DNA of 64,000 bases, taken from assembly GCA_002633005.1 (NCBI GenBank), contig NMRA01000037.1:1043972-1107971 (forward strand), in the 5' to 3' direction. This DNA comes from Phoronis australis (Eukaryota; Animalia; Phoronida). Below, in pieces: positions 23,244-35,200 of the stretch; position 1 is the stretch's first letter; every line of letters begins with the position of its first letter. A model generated the notes under the pieces. It was not told the DNA's origin. It searched no databases and saw only the letters and a program-made list of their open reading frames with translations. The translations under genes were made by a program, and so were the position numbers.

Positions 23244-26200
23244 TTACACCTCATCCCACAAACACTGCTTTTTGGTCAAGACTTGGTATTCAAATAGCCG
23301 ACACTTTCTGCATGTTTTAATACCGCACCTGTAACTGACGGTTTTGCCAACGGAATCCTTGCCTTTACAAAACTTAAGACCGCACGGATACCAGCCGATA
23401 CAGACTTCATACTGACACGAGCAAGGCTTAGAAGATGAGTGGAGAACTCTGCAGCTTGCAAGTGATTCACTCGACACTCTCCTGGTGGCGTACATCATTT
23501 TGTTGAAGTCTCTAGCGCCATCTGTAAAACAAATGCCTAAGTAGACGTCATATCGTGTGAATGTTGTCCATTTAGACTACTTGCCAACACCAAAATGTTG
23601 AGCTTATTAAGTCTGACAATGAGATACAACCACTCATAAAATATAGCCACCATCACATATTTTATTTGTTACGCCAATTTTTGACGCCCTATATCGTTGT
23701 CTTGAGGATCAATAAATATACCGCGAGTTGGAATGATTGTTCATTAAAATTACAAACAGACAGCACTGTGATGCGCTTAACAAATATCGTGTGGGAATGG
23801 CTGCTGACAAACTGCCCTAGACTAAATAAGAAATGAGACTGGAGATTGACTGGAGTGATATGGGAGGCCTCAAGCAACACATTTTTACATTTATTTACAT
23901 GTCTGTCCCCATTCAACCATGTACAAAACAGCTTTATTGCCACTGAGCTGAAATGATAGCCTATGTTGTATATTACCCACTTAAATTCTATATAACTCAG
24001 TTACATGTTTGAACACTGTGGTTTAACCCAGTTATATCACAACACATAATCAGGTTGAACTACAAAACTTGAGCCCTGTTCAATTCCTTTATCGTTATTA
24101 ACTGGAAAGTCAAAAGCAATCAAAGGCACGCTCTTCACACGTATCAATCACTATGTTGTTAATGTTCTGAAAACCAAGATGGTGGTTTTTCAATGTTCAC
24201 AAATGGCTTTAACTACTACTCGGATACAGCCAAACCAGTTACAATGTATCTGATTTATAGCATTTGCTTATCCAACTTCCAAGCCAACAATTGGTTACGT
24301 TGAACTACAGTTACAACGAATGTGTATTAAAGTCACCGGAGGTCTCGTTGAAACATGGTTTGACTGAACATAGTTATATACATGGAATGAGAAGTCCGGG
24401 GAGGTTCCCCACAACGCATTTTGACATTACTAATTCATTATTTGCACATCAACATTTTTCAGCAAGACCATTGAAGCCAAATACAAAACAAAAAAGTACA
24501 TTCTACAGGGACACTGAGATACTCTTGATATTCGACAAACTTGAGACATAGGCACCTTCGATGCATCAACAACATTCAAATCTCCAACTTTAAGCAAAAA
24601 AATAATAAAACCAAATTGATCTTTTTTCCATACTTTAAAAGATAACATTGCTAGAAATACCCACAAAATTCTACTGTCTACTGACAGCTACACTGTAGAA
24701 ATTTAAAATTACAAAGCTTTTCTTTGGTTCTACTTATCTTTTGGAAAAAAATAAAATTAAGCTTGCTTAAAATTCCAAATTGGTGAGGTGTTATACTGTT
24801 CCGATTGAATAAGGGGTTCTAATTTCTGATTCCCAGATTTTTGTGACCCCATTCCTGACTCCCGGTGTCAAATTCATTGGAATCCTAGTCCCTATAAATC
24901 TCCATTCCAGAAACACGGCATTTTTCCTCCACATTGCACCAATTAAAGCCGCAAAAAAGGACCAATAACGATTCCCGATAAAGCCTTTTCCCCCTCCGAA
25001 TAGTTCGGTACATACGTGTGAGGCTCTGTGAGATCAGCTTGAGATCCTTGTCAGACGTATATGTGGCATCTTTAGCTTCTTGGCAAATATTGAACAGGTG
25101 TGGACTGATGGCTTGTGACTGGTCAAGGTCAATTGCAAGGTCAAGGTCAAATTTTTCCTGGCCTCTGTCTTCTTCCGGTTTGCGTACTGCGCCTGGGTTT
25201 TTCTGTCAAAGCAAACGAGAGATTTTGTACCAACTCAGTGTTAATGCGATTACTGGGCAATTATGTAGGGAGTTTGCNCAAGGTCAATTGCAAGGTCAAG
25301 GTCAAATTTTTCCTGGCCTCTGTCTTCTTCCGGTTTGCGTACTGCGCCTGGGTTCTTCTGTCAAAGCAAACGAGAGATTTTGTACCAACTCAGTGTTAAT
25401 GCGATTACTGGGCAATTATGTAGGGAGTTTGCATACCAATTATTTGTTTTGTAATACCTTTCAAGTATTGACAATTGAGCGGAGTTCAGTTGAGGCATAG
25501 CAACATAACACCAGCATCACTTGAAGGCAAACTACAAAAACTAGGAAAACAGCTAATAAGTAAACGCTAAATAGCATTTACTACCCCATGAACTGCAAAA
25601 TGGCAGAGTAGAGCTGCAGTCTCATGATAGCATTTACTAACATCATGCATAAACAAGGTGTAACAGAAAAAGCTAACTTCTGAACAGAAAATAAGAAGCC
25701 TTGTGACATTTCTTCACCTTTTAGCAAAGCACACAATATGGCGGACAAGTCATATTTTATTTGGCCGAACTTTGCGACAAAAATAGCTATTAACAAAAGT
25801 CCAGTCAAGTTTCTTGTAAGCTTGGTTTGTAGTGCAGACGTCATAAAAAACATTTTCGCTAATAAAGGTTGAATGGAAGTTTGTAGCAATATAATCAGCC
25901 TTTGAAAAGTAGAGAAAACGTAGTTTTGGCAATTATTTTTCACAAAATAATGGACAAATTACCATAAATTTTACACAAAACAGAACTTTCATTGCATGTC
26001 CATCACGAAATTTTGGAAGTACCTGTAGATATGTCCACAGAATTAATGCCACAATGGCCACTGTGAAGCAAAGCTCTCTTGACAAAGCTGGAGATTGATG
26101 TACATACCTGTCTTAGCTTGGACATTGCATCTGAAGATATAAACTCATTCTGAATGAATCTAACGACATAGCACATGGTTTGGTATTGGCTCTGACCGCG

Positions 26201-29200
26201 TTCCTCTTCGCCCAACACCAAGGCTTTGAATATTTGTATTTCCTGTAATTAAGCAATTTCATCAAGGCAAATACATCGAAGCACAAGTTCAGGGATAATT
26301 TCAGAAGTGCACACCATGTCATTGGAGCCAAAAATAATTTCATTGACGCATTACGATCGGCCCATTTAAATTGGAAGCAAAAAAGGACAAAAAACTAACA
26401 AAGGCTTTTTATGTCTCTGTTCAGGTATACTCTTCACACTTTCTTGTAGGGTTAGGGCCAGCAACAGAAGGCTGGAACTGAGTCGACCTTTGTTTTCCTC
26501 TGTCAAATGCCCAAAACTAGCAAAACTGTAGCCAGTAATGTTGAGTGCCACCTAGGCAATATCTTGCTGATGATAACGGGACATTTCAAATCCTAATTAT
26601 TTTAATAATTACAGTACTTAATGTAGGTATGGGTTTTTTATCACCACTAAGTGAATTTGCTTTCTGTTATATGACTTCAGGCATAAAAATTTCCGTAATT
26701 ATTTTAACAAGTTTTAATTACTAATCAAAGTTGTGTCAGTAAAGGGACACCTCAGTGGAGGGCTGGAAACTACTATTAAAGACACTCTGACATATCTTCA
26801 GGAAAATGAAATATTCACTGCTTTACCTGATTCACGAGAAAAAAATAACAAAAGAGCAAAAAATTAGCACCTTTGCAGCTTCAGCAACAGGACACAATTT
26901 CCCATTTCGGTATAGGGACACTTGCGGTCAGAGCATCATGAATACCATATACGAATTCAACAAACAAACTTGAGTAAAGCAAAACTATTTACATCTCTCT
27001 TATTATACTTTTTAGAAATTGATGACAACAAAAAACACGTTCATTGGCAAGTTTTGAAAATAGACGCTAAGGTATAAACCATATACAAGTTCTATACAAG
27101 TTCAAACTACAGCTGCAACACTGTGTACTAAAGACATAAGCCAGTAAGAGTTCCTGCAGGCCATAATTTTTCAGTATCTAAATATCATGACACTGGCAAT
27201 GGTTCTTCAAATACGTAACGCTCATGGTAATCAATATATAGAACTTTCATTTTTTGATTTTTGGCTTCAGCCAACCTACAATCACACCTGACAATGGAAT
27301 GAAAACACCAACACTGTCTTTGTAGTTCCATTACTTCCTTATAAGGTGCAAACCTCAAATTCATTTGTTTCCAGAGAATTGAAATAGACACAAGTGAACG
27401 TGCACTGAAGCATTTTTTCAATTACCGTACTTAAAATCAGTTATATTAACACTTTAGTTTTCATCATCTTTATAATTCTCAGAACTTTTTCGGTCTTTCT
27501 TTGCTTGTCATAGACACGTTTTAGTGTACTTTTACAGCAATTCAGCAAGAACTATCTTGTATCAAACCAACTCCATAGTAATCATAGACCACCATGGAGG
27601 TTCAAAGTAGAGTGAACACCTTCTCATGTATCATTCTTGTGCACATGTTCAAGTGTCATGATGAGTTCAATGTTTCACGCTGAATTGATGGTTATTACAA
27701 TAGACTTACATAAGGCTATTATTATCAAAAATTGACAGGAGCTCAACTTAAGTCATGCCAAGGGTTATGTAAACCGAGAGATGAGTAGGTGGGAGAAAAG
27801 CTCTCAGATGGCTTCGCAAGTTCGGATGATCTCACCTTCTGCCCTCGTTATTCACCAAGAGAAGCTTTCCATTCTGCTACATATCCTAATGAGAGCTAGA
27901 CTGGTCTCTAACTGACACTCTTTGGAATGGCTAGTCATGTGACCATTTAGTCAGAATCTAATTGGCTGACATAGTAAACATGCCCTTATTAACAAAGTTG
28001 CCCCTTCCAAACAAAAAACAATTACTAAAACATTAAATTCAAATGAAAAATCCAATTGTGAAGTTTATAAAGTATTATCACTTTTTATCAACATATTTCG
28101 AAAAAAAATAAACTTTTCCACTAAAAACTTTAGCAAAGGGACATAATTTTTACAGAGGTCTCAAATAGAGAAGTTAGAAAATCATGATTGTTGTGCGTAC
28201 CATCTTTTTACAGCCCTATGGTAACAGTGACCAATAAAAATATTCATCAAACCTTACTGTGGCCAATTACCGTCAAAATGCTCATGGTTGTCATTAGTTT
28301 TGTGGCTACTAATTAAAACTGTGAAAGTTTTTCAAGATGGCCTCCATCAGAACTTGTAACATCTCTAAATGTATAATGCTTGCAGAACAAAAATTACAAT
28401 ACGAAAACACCGAGTAGATGTTAAAAATAGACACGTGCGTAATTCAAACTTAATGTACTGTTTTATTGCGATCAAGATTATCAATTCTTTTTCATTCAAC
28501 AAAATATGAAAAAATAATAATTCACAGTGAAATACAAATACGAGATAATTCACAAATACCGAATCTTTGAAGATAATTCTACCAAATCTAGAGCACAAAT
28601 CTACACAATTCTGACTAATCACATCAGGTTTTCTCTCACAGGATGCCATTTAGCAAAGCAACTTTTAGAAATCCTGAGGCACTCTGGTTGGCCATATGAA
28701 AAGCTCTGGTTGGTCAAAATTTGAACTATTTAAGTCAGTTCATCTATTGATGATGGTAAAAATCAACCCAAGGAAAGTCCTTTCTAGTAAGCACTCTACA
28801 TTTTTTTTTGGTCAAATTACACAATCATGTAAGCACTGTACATTTTTTTGGTCAAATTACACAATCATTAATTGCAACAGTGAAAGTAATCACCCGACAA
28901 ATAAAGCCTCTGCTTGCCACAAAGGATCTCCATAATTGGAAACATTGGCACTGTAAACAAATTACACAACAGGTGCTTACTAAAAATGAGGTTGTTATTC
29001 TTTGTGAAATCTATTTTAGTCTGCAACAACATTTTTCATTACGAGAAGGTATGTACAGTATCAAGGTATGAACAGTATCAAGAAGAGTTGTCAAAGAAAC
29101 TAAGCGCTCTTGTCAAGTATCAACTTCAAAAGTGCATTCTGGAATTATTTAGCTCTTAACTACTTACTGAGTCACTCTGGGGTTGAGAAACATTACCATC

Positions 29201-30786
29201 CATTCAATCTAGAATTTCTGCCCAATGAGCCATCAAATCAAGTCACAGGAAATGAGCACGTGAGCAATATATGAATTTGTGATTTTAGGGCTGGCCAATC
29301 CCAATAAACTCTGGCCATTTTCTAAAGACACTAATGGTTTTGATGTTCATGTTGTTATAAGAAATAGAATCCCATCAAGGTAAGGAACAATATATGAGAG
29401 ACTTCACGAGAAGAAAGGTTCAATTCGATTTCATGTTAAGTCAGCTACTATACAGGGCCCTCAATACTTTGATTATGGGGCCGAATATCAACCCCATTTC
29501 CCCTCTGAAAAAACTTTAAAAATCATGTGAAAATACCGTCATGAGACCCAAAAATTTCCCTAAAAAGACACAAAAATTCCTCTCGAGGTTCGAATCACTT
29601 GGGTGGTTGCTACTGATCGTCAGCAGGGGTAAAATTTCCCCTCACACCAAAAATCTCCCTTTCAAAAGGCACAGGCTACTTTCCCCTCAAGTGAACGAGG
29701 GCCATGCAGTGAAATGGCTCACAATAACTTAAACTTGCTGAATTAGACAGCACCATTCCCACTTGAAAGTCTTACAAACATCTCAAGCCAGTCAGGGTTT
29801 CATGCTTCTCATCTCAGTTGGGCACCAACGACATTTACAGTGCTCAAAAATCCACCAATATCAAGACTGGAATCCATGTATCTCTGATGTGTGAGCCAAT
29901 TGTCCAAACTGAGTGATTTGAGACGGCATTATTCGACTGTAGACTCTGCTGTCTTTACAGACTGTTATGATCACAGGTAGGGCACTAGTCAGATATTATA
30001 ATGGATCCATAGTATTTTCAGTTAAATATAATGCAAAATGTTGCAAAACGTCCGATAATTAGATCTAGAACGCTTGCCATGTGGCAATTGCTCCTAGGCT
30101 GAACGGTTTGGATGCTTAACTGTCCTGTATGTAACCCGGGTTCAAGTCTCGGTCCCGGAAAATTCTTCTACACTCTACACTGCCGCGAGGTGTACTACTG
30201 TAGACTACATTACCAGAAGCGTGTTCAACAGAGTGAGCGCCCGCTAGCGTGTACTCGCGAACACAAGGAACAGCTCCTGAACAGCTGTGAGCGCTCACTG
30301 TGCGATCCAGTATGGCGACTTTGAAGCAGATTGTGTTGAACGTCTTAGCTGATGAGCTTAACACTAACAGTCCTTCCTATGGCGTACTGAGCGATAAATA
30401 TGATTAATCTTTGCCAATAATTATTAATATCGGCAGCCCCAAGACAACAACCGTGAAGGCTTTGGCCCGACAAGAATCGAAAATTACTTCGAGGAAACTG
30501 TACCTCGCTACAGCGACCCGCAATTTAAGTCGCAGTTTCGGATGAGTCGGTCAACTTTTGAGGTTNTACTTACAGATTTGAAGTCAATGAACTGTGTGAT
30601 AAGAGTGCCGTCAGATTTTATGAAATCCAGTGTGATTGTGTCGTCGTCCGTGTTGGCGACAATCTTCTCTTTTACAGTGCCTCCTTTGTTTTTGACATTA
30701 ACGATTAACGTCGCGGATGTACAGTTCAGAAAATAAATTAGAAAGAATACGGTTACAGTAATTAAGACATTTTTAGAGCCTTCCAT
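23244..30786 (-). CDS. OAF: Out at first protein homologue, 4 exons, about 270 aa, signal peptide, Cys-rich C-terminus
   Basis: Exons 30786-30574, 26242-26108, 25202-25016, 23521-23244; GT-AG with compatible phases. Diagnostic peptides: DGTLITQFIDFKSEIQIFKALVLGEEERGQSQYQTMC, EFISSDAMSKLRQKNPGAVRKPEEDRG, CIGWYPCGLKFCKGKD...YRCGIKTCRKCRLFEY...KQCLWDE. Confidence 0.95.
25124..25432. other. About 154-bp duplication across the single N at 25278 (probable haplotype-overlap artefact)
   Basis: 25124-25277 and 25279-25432 are near-identical, with one synonymous AAA/AAG change in the OAF exon. Confidence 0.8.
29453..29706. mobile_element. Possible hAT-like MITE in OAF intron 1
   Basis: Ends cagggccctc / gagggccatg are imperfect inverted repeats. 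No clear target-site duplication. Confidence 0.35.
30077..30165 (+). mobile_element. tRNA-derived SINE-like head or tRNA pseudogene
   Basis: B-box GGTTCAAGTC at 30139-30148 in a ccggg-ttcaagt-ctcgg T-arm. No complete cloverleaf. Confidence 0.4.
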
Positions 30787-30789
30787 AGC

Positions 30790-31200
30790 GAATTATGATC
30801 GAATTTCATCGACCAGGAATTTACATTCCTTTCTCAGTCCACCATTTTGAATAGCTGTATGAATAATGCCAAAACTTTTTAAGTTTTGAAGGCATCTTTG
30901 TCTAAAAACCATCTCAAAACAATGCAAAATATATGTTTTATTTGATTTTTGTTATAAACTAACATCCTAATTTTTCGAAATTTGTTTCGTTTTAACGCCT
31001 TCTGGGAACTTGAGTGTTCTCAGAGACTATATTACTTCGGAAGTTTCCGTTCAATTCCGGAATTTTCGATTAGAGGACTCGCTGATACCCGAGGCAACAT
31101 CATCACACTCATATTGTGTTGCCAGACTCTGTTTGTGCGGGACGTGCCTCTCAGATTTTGGTGCTTTTTCTCCACATAAGGGTGACTTTTCCGCCCTGTT
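30790..31200. promoter_or_regulatory. Putative (possibly bidirectional) promoter between OAF and beta-trefoil gene 1
   Basis: The genes are head-to-head. ETS-like motifs cluster at 31034-31062 (acttcggaagt, ttccggaa), and a YY1-like AAAATGG lies on the - strand at about 30842-30848. Confidence 0.35.
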
Positions 31201-32236
31201 TTACTACGGGGTAGTTGATTTTATGAGTTATTGTAATGTTAAAACATTACTTTGCCAACAGAAATTCTGATATCCAAGAAGCTGTTTATTTAATTTTGGT
31301 AATTTCAAGAAACAATCATTTAAAGGCTCTTACAAAATGGTGACTTTCAAGTTCAAACTGCTTACAAAATGTCACTTTCTATCGTTCTAACTTTTTAAGA
31401 GTATACTAATTCCTCAACGACTTAGCCCGAAATAGAATCGAATATCCCACGGGATCCTCGGGCATGGCTAGTGCTGAGCATGAAAATGTCTACATAACCC
31501 GGTGTTATCCCAGCCGGCAAGCACGACGCAAAAATTACAAACAAAGACCAGTAATCGGAGTCCCATGTCAGCCAACGAACAAAAACAACAAGTACAGGCG
31601 TGATTAGATTTATTTTACAAGAACATTCTTGCAATCTAAGTAAGAGTAAAACGCGTTGAATATAAAAGAAGAGATGATAGATAAAAAGTTGAGTTACTAT
31701 GGTTACACAGAAAAGTTTCTGTTGTTTTCCAGCAAATAAATTGGGATATTGAACAACACTCGTTCTGCGAAGTCCTCAACCCTTTAGTGGTGTAGTTTAA
31801 TCATGCGAGATTTTTTAAAATCCCCATAAAAGTAGCTTTGACGAAAGTTCAAAAAGTGAATTATGACTGCGAATGTAATGACGTCATTGTATTATTGTTT
31901 CAGTTCAGTCTAAAACCCGACAAACTCACTATTTCATAGCCGACAGCAAGTAGGCCTACTCTGTTGATCTCGATATCACGTCACTGGTATTTTTTAGACT
32001 ACATCTGTCCAATTGAATTATTCAGTTTATCAATCTTGGAAATCTGCTGTACCCGTACACTGCGGAATTACGTCTTCCTTTTTTGGCGTATTGGTGACCG
32101 TGTACAGGTTGACTCAAGCTGCAGTAGTAAAACTTTGAATTTTGCTTTCCTGCTTCCAGTGTTACCCATTTACAAATTTAGGACATATCATTGCTGAAAT
32201 TTCTAACCAGAAATCTTTTGTAGGTAGTAGGGCACC

Positions 32237-35200
32237 ATGTCTGAGCCAAATCCAACATCTGTAAGTTGCAAACGCATTGTCTTAACATGCACGGCTTGAT
32301 TAAAACTAATCTGTATAAAACTATACTAAGCATTCAATTTAGATTTTTAGCAATGCTAAGAACTTCTCAACTAATTGTTACCAGAATTACTCAAATACCT
32401 TTTCCCTACGATGACATTTCTGCCTACACATTCCGTTTTGTCGTATACGACTTCTCATACAACTTTCGTATGCGACAGGCGGACCTCTACCTACACAACG
32501 TTAATGTAATTTACAACTTCTCAACTCTAAAATATCTCACTCTCAGTAAATGATTACACAATTTGTTTGGCCGCCAACAAATGTGCCCATAAATCGAATG
32601 GATACCGATTGGGGTCCTAATTAATTCTCCGCTTTTACATGACTAGGATAAACCAGGACTTAAAGACATCAGAAATGCAATTGGCCAAGGTGTTAAGAAT
32701 GCGGCTAAAGTTACAAAAGATGTGGCGAAGCAGGTAATTACGGAAACCTACTATTCAAAATAAGATATGCATAGCTGAAAGGTTGTCAAACCTTCGAATA
32801 CCTGTGAAGCGAAGTTATTTTGGTCTCAAGGGAACCTATTTTTGGTACTTACCATGGCAGGCCTTTTCATATAGTTCTATAAACCCTCCAGTACTGGTGT
32901 ATGTGTATACGTAGACGCACGTGCTAGGACAAAGGAGTTAGTATGATTCTCACACATGTCCAGTCATTTCTCGTCCTCCTATTCTGTTTCGGTTTAAAAG
33001 CTAAATTAGTATGCTTTATGAGCAAACAATTCACTAAAGATAACCCGTCTTTCAATTTTAGACGGCACCCACTGTTAAGAACACCATGAAAGCAGTAAGG
33101 GATTCAATAGAAAAGGTATGTGTGATGTATGATTAATAGTAAAATAAAAAACGTTGTCCACGCCTCATCTGTTTCCCTTGGTCGTGCTTTCCTAATTAGA
33201 ACACATGTTGTGAGAAAAGTCCCTTATTCGGTCGCTTAATGAAGGCCTCGAGTGTTCGCTTTCTAGGAAGCCCCTGTTGTTCTGGATGCCATAAAGAAGA
33301 CCGGCGTCGTCATGGCAACTGGCCTCGAGAAGGCAAGTCAGCACGCGCAGCAGTGGTGGGACGGGAAGCAGACGACTCCACTGTTGGTAAGCGACAAAGG
33401 ACGGTTTCAATAGGCCGTCATTAAGCCACAAGGTTCTTGCATTGAGCTCTGCTTAACGTATTACATGTGTCCATATACCAGATATTGAAACACAAGAAGG
33501 TTTATACTCCCACAGAACGCGTTTTACGACATTTGCGCGATTTTATTTTGACGAGTGCGAAGTCGACAGTGCACGCACGACAACGGGGCCCCAAAAATTG
33601 TTGGAAGTTCTTCAGGAAGACCCCATTTCTTCATTCCCTTGACTGCGTGTCTTTGTTTTGTGCTGATGCTGGTCACATTCCAATTGAAAGTCCCACATTT
33701 TCCGGTTCTGTTGGGTTTGGGAGCATGTTTAACTCAGCTAAATTGGATCTCTGCTACCAGCCGTAATGAGCACCTGGACTGCAAAATATTTTCATTTTAC
33801 CAATCTCATGACCTCTCGCTGAGGTCTTGTAGGACATTGACTTTGATTTGGAATTGCAAAAATTCAGACTAATTACAAATTTTAGTGTAGACCGGTTGAG
33901 TTATGCAAAAATAATAAACAGTACGCGGCGAAAAGAACCAGGGGAATTTCACGCGCGCTTTTGTATAAGACATATTCATGCTTTTTGCAGAACAATTTCT
34001 GCAGTAACAACGTGGTAGCCCTCAAGTCACGCAACACCGAAAAATGTGTCCAGCTGACGGTGGACGCCAACTTAAGGTTCTCACTGAGTGCATTCGGCGA
34101 GGACAGCTCAACTGCCAACAACAGTACGTCTGTATTGTCATAACTGACCTTGAAAATATGACGAGAAAGCTGGATTTGAGAGTGCAAATAGCAAAAAGTC
34201 GCTATCCCTGGTATTCACACCTGTGCTAAAAAACTTGACAACAGTATAAAACGAGCTTTTTAGAAAAATACGGGGGAAATTAATGACGGCAATGGTTGGT
34301 ACTCTAGCGTTTGCTATGGTCCTAAAACAATGTGCTGAGGCAAAAAGCAGCGAATAATTTCATGCGACTTAAAATAAGTGATCCATTCATTGTGATTCTC
34401 AAAGTTCGAAGCATTGGTAAAACCATCCCTACATAAACACCTTTGTTGCGTGTCCCCACTCCGTTGATAGGCTCATCTGTAAAACTGTGTTCTTTTTTCT
34501 AGCTCACTGGACTGTGATAAATCTTGGAAAAAACATTGTCCGTCTCCACAACAACAACAAGTTCATATGCATATCTCAAGTTGGGGCGTGTGTTACGGAA
34601 TTTGTAAGCTTTTATGTTTTGTAACCGTGAACGTTAAATCCAAAACACTCAGCTCTGACATAAAACCCCCCTTCTCCAGTGGAATATTTGCGTTACTAAA
34701 CAAACGCTGAAGCGTTTTTTCATAACTGAAATGGCTACAACGCATAGTTCATACGTCTTGCACTGGAAAAAATAAAGACCTATCTAATATTTGTTTATTG
34801 CTCACAAGATTACGTTTTTTAAAAAAGATATGCACTGCAAGAGCGACAGCTCATTTGATGAGTTCAGCAATCGGATCCCAAGCATTACAATGTATGGTAT
34901 TATTACGTAACAAGCACTTTTGCAACCTGCCAAGTTAAGATCTAAGTATACCGTTTCACGTCGCATTTTCTCTTGTTATTTCTTTTTACTTAAATATCTT
35001 GTTGATTGTGTCTCATCTTTCCTTACCTTTTCTTGTGTTGTTAATACAATTTTTCTCAAAACCATTAAGCCATTTGTTACACACACCATTGATTTGCATT
35101 TATTTTCGTTTCATGAGCCGAGTAATTATTGTCGCTTCAACAATGATTCCAGCCTGTGGGAACTGAACCAGCCAGAGAGGCCGACCTGCGCCTAAGCGTT

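Noticed and set aside
23130-23246. Stop-codon readthrough of OAF, as reported for Drosophila oaf
   Set aside because: The stop is TAA followed by T, a poor readthrough context, and the downstream frame closes after about 35 unremarkable codons.
30077-30165. Functional tRNA gene
   Set aside because: Only the T-arm/B-box is convincing. No acceptor stem or consistent anticodon arm was found.
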